The notes beneath the pieces were generated by a model, which was not told the DNA's origin, ran no database searches, and was given only the letters and a program-made list of their open reading frames with translations. The translations under genes were made by a program, and so were the position numbers. From the NCBI RefSeq assembly GCF_006345805.1, contig NW_021825711.1:1-11441 (forward strand): 11,441 nt of DNA, in the 5' to 3' direction. The stretch is from Octopus sinensis (taxonomy: Eukaryota). Shown here in pieces: positions 9,095 through 11,441 of this stretch. Within the stretch, counting starts at the first letter, position 1. Each line of letters begins with the position of its first letter.

Positions 9095-9245
9095 GTGCAG
9101 TGTTGCTCATTGGTTAAAAAGTTAGTTTCGTACCCTCGAAGACTTCAGTTCAACCCACGGCATGGTGTGTTGGGCAAATGGCATTTTTGTTACCTCCAGT
9201 CGACCTATTCCCTGGTGAGTAAAATAAAGTAGACTGCAGGGAATC
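9095..9245 (+). mobile_element. Highly diverged tRNA-derived SINE 5' half
   Basis: A-box-like ttgctcattgg (9103-9113) and B-box-like agttcaaccc (9147-9156), followed by ttgggcaaatg...gtcgaccta..ccctggtgagt...gtagac, collinear with 3772-3930. Confidence 0.7.
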
Positions 9246-9254
9246 CAGCCGAAT

Positions 9255-9397
9255 GGACTCTGCCTGTTTTTGTCTATCAAACTCACTCGCAAGGGGCTGG
9301 GTTGCACGGGTCTATGGTTGAAGACAAATGTACGAGGGTGTTGAACCCAAAACCCACACTTATAAAATAAACTTCTTAGCCACACAACCATGCTGGC
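9255..9397 (-). mobile_element. Diverged tRNA-derived SINE 5' half
   Basis: The minus strand gcatggttgtgtggctaagaagttt...gggttcaacaccc...tgtcttcaaccatagacccgtgcaacccagccccttgcgagtgagtttgatagacaaaaacag is collinear with the other SINE heads. Confidence 0.75.
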
Positions 9398-9595
9398 AAC
9401 AGGACCTACAAGCGAAGCCGATGTTCCAGGAAATTAGAAGACGACCTGGAAGGCCAACTTGTCCTCGACAGGGGTTGAATAGAGAAAGCTTATTCACTCA
9501 TTTATATCATGTTCTGTTAAAATTTTATGCGTCATGTGGTTGGGAGACATTGCTTTTTACTATAATAATCTATTTTGTATTTTTCTTTTGGATAG

Positions 9596-10003
9596 AAAAC
9601 AAATCAGTGAAGGATCGCCAGTATAAAAGACAACTTGACATTCATACAAAACGACAACAGCGGAAGAATGCCAATGGATTTAACGTTATCCGCTTAACTG
9701 CAGAGTTCTGTCCCTTTATCACTCTTTTGCTTATCATGCGGTGTTGTTTCAAAAAGCTATTAATTCGATTTTCTTCTTTTCCAAATTTTTCTCCGCGTAT
9801 GAGCTGGGTTATCGAGGTTTTAAGAAAAATACGGACATTTCTTAATAAGGATTCACCTATCCCTAGGAATAATATGCTTCTTTTTCCTATTATTTGGATG
9901 ACTGAGAGAGCGAGAGGATCGACAGCTGTCACGATTTTCGTACAGAAATTCAGACATTCAAATTTCTTTCCTAGATTGAATTGTCCGAAATTAGTTTTCG
10001 CAG
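9596..10003 (+). CDS. Candidate coding exon of an unidentified gene (408 nt, phase 1-1) within the 252-codon open frame 9328-10086
   Basis: Pyrimidine tract plus AG (tattttgtatttttcttttggatAG, AG at 9594-9595), donor cag|GTGAGA (GT at 10004-10005), non-repetitive sequence and no stops. No protein family recognised. Confidence 0.3.
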
Positions 10004-10140
10004 GTGAGAGTCGATTGCGATTCATTCAGCTTTGTGAAGGTCACTTTCTGAGAATAGAAATTTGTACGTATTGGAGTTCTGGGTGAGAGAGTTTTTTTTT
10101 TTTTCTTGTTCATTGTATATTTACATACTATATGTGCCGC

Positions 10141-10285
10141 TGTATGTGTGTGTGTGCATGTAAGTGAATGTATGCATGTATGTTTGTATATATGTATGTA
10201 TATATATGTGTGTGTGTGCATGTATATATATATAATATATATATATATATACAGATAGATAGATAAATAAATAGCTAGCTAGATT

Positions 10286-10322
<37 letters not shown>

Positions 10323-10365
10323 GTATGTGTACATATATGTGTGTATATATATATATATAAATATA
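10141..10365. repeat. Compound (TG)/(TA)/(GATA)n microsatellite
   Basis: Read directly. Confidence 0.92.
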
Positions 10366-10400
10366 ATTATGGCTGTTGACCATTCAACATACTACTGTCA

Positions 10401-10458
10401 TTCTTCTTCTCCTCTTCTTCTTCTTCTCCTCCTTCTCCTCCTCCCTTCTTCTTCTTCC
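10401..10458. repeat. (CTT)/(CCT)n trinucleotide tract
   Basis: Read directly. Confidence 0.9.
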
Positions 10459-10697
10459 CTACCAAGAATTCACAACGACCTCGACCCACAAGAGTAAACA
10501 GAGAGAAACAAGGAAAATGCCACTTGCATTTGAACACTATGCAAATATCTTTTTAAAAAGACTTTTCTTTTAACTTTTCCAAAATTCATTTGTTTTACGT
10601 ACTTACAGTTGAAAAAGTCTCAATAAATGAAAACGGTACTGAAATGTTTTTTATAAAATTATTTTTGCATTTTCTATCTTGGCTTTTTTTCCATACA

Positions 10698-10809
10698 TGT
10701 ATGTATGTATGTATGTATGTATGTATGTATGTATGTATGTATGTATGCATGTATGAATGTATGTATGTATGCATGTATGTATGCATGTATGTCCATATCT
10801 ATGTATGTA
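10698..10809. repeat. (TGTA)n microsatellite, decaying toward its 3' end
   Basis: Read directly. Confidence 0.95.
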
Positions 10810-10964
10810 CAGAGTAAGCACATAAATGCGCAACAAGGTGGAAAAAATAGTACTCGAGTACCAGAGGTAGAGTAAAGCGCTTTATTAAAAAGCAACAAAA
10901 ATATCACAAAAACTGTTACTCAGAGTTTCACGTTCCTGTTCGTCTTGCGACGAACGGAAACGTG
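10810..10964 (-). mobile_element. Penelope-like element terminal-repeat remnant with a degenerate minimal hammerhead motif, a downstream AATAAA and an inverted partial copy
   Basis: The minus strand reads aaGACGA-acaggaacgt-GAAA-ctctgag-TA-acagttttt (10946-10908), then AATAAA (10886-10881). A minimal hammerhead with a tiny palindromic stem III near a polyA signal is the known layout of Penelope-like pseudo-LTRs. There is no coding evidence, and the boundary at 10810 is approximate. Confidence 0.6.
10908..10946 (-). ncRNA. Degenerate minimal type I hammerhead ribozyme motif (probably inactive)
   Basis: GACGA (10944-10940), stem II (10939-10930), GAAA (10929-10926), stem III CUC-U-GAG (10925-10919) and a GUA cleavage triplet are all present. 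The CU of CUGANGA is replaced by AA, and the 5' strand of stem I is missing. Confidence 0.55.
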
Positions 10965-11281
10965 TATGTATTATGTACGTATGTGTGTATGTGTACATAC
11001 AGACATTGCATACACATATATAAACAACTGCATACATGCACGCAGAGAGTGAGAGTGAGAGAGAGTGAAAGTGAAAGAGAGGGTGGGGAGAAAGAGCGGG
11101 ATGAACCAGACTGGTTTCATATTTTCCTCTTAGAATTATTGAAATATCTGATGGCTGAGAACCTATAAAATATGAAGCTTATAATTTCGGTGTAAAATTA
11201 AGTATATTATCTATTCTATATCCTTGTACCTTATTCTATATATCACTGGATTGTTTGCACTGTATCTTATTTTCCCAATCT

Positions 11282-11412
11282 TATATATATATATATATAT
11301 ATATATAGATGAAAGAGAGAGAGAATGGGGAGAGAAATCTGGATAGAGAGGTAGATGGATGGATCGATGGATATATAGATGCATAGATAGGTAGGTAGAT
11401 GGATAGAGAGAT
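11282..11412. repeat. (TA)n followed by degenerate (GA)/(GATA)/(GATG) repeats
   Basis: Read directly. Confidence 0.85.
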
Positions 11413-11441
11413 AGCTATAAATACGCATATCCATAGTTATA

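Noticed and set aside
8474-9125. 206-aa and 213-aa Ser/Leu/Pro-rich ORFs and their antisense Glu/Arg/Gly-rich ORFs
   Set aside because: A polypyrimidine tract can hardly encode stop codons; this is a low-complexity artefact.
9871-9912. NMLLFPIIWMTERA resembles the CD36/SCARB C-terminal 'P..W..E' motif
   Set aside because: The flanking sequence lacks other CD36 features such as the downstream transmembrane helix; too short to support a gene call.

Overview
Eukaryotic, AT-rich, repeat-saturated DNA that looks intronic or intergenic; there are no operons, rRNA, intact tRNA or CRISPR. The tRNA-derived SINE family and the extreme density of microsatellites resemble Octopus (coleoid cephalopod) genomic DNA; this is inferred from recall, not from a search. 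The window contains: (1) many (TA)n, (CA)n, (CT)n, (TACA)n, (GATA)n and (AAT)n tracts, which explain almost all listed ORFs; (2) six pieces of one tRNA-derived SINE family on both strands; (3) a heavily decayed RTE-clade LINE reverse-transcriptase fragment (~3930-4950), probably split by a SINE insertion; (4) a 5'-truncated R4/Dong-clade retrotransposon with an open restriction-like endonuclease frame, sitting inside an (AAT)n array (7724-8154); (5) a Penelope-like terminal fragment with two head-to-head, core-damaged minimal hammerhead ribozyme copies (~10810-10964); and (6) an unexplained 252-codon open frame with plausible splice sites (9328-10086). No host gene can be named with confidence.
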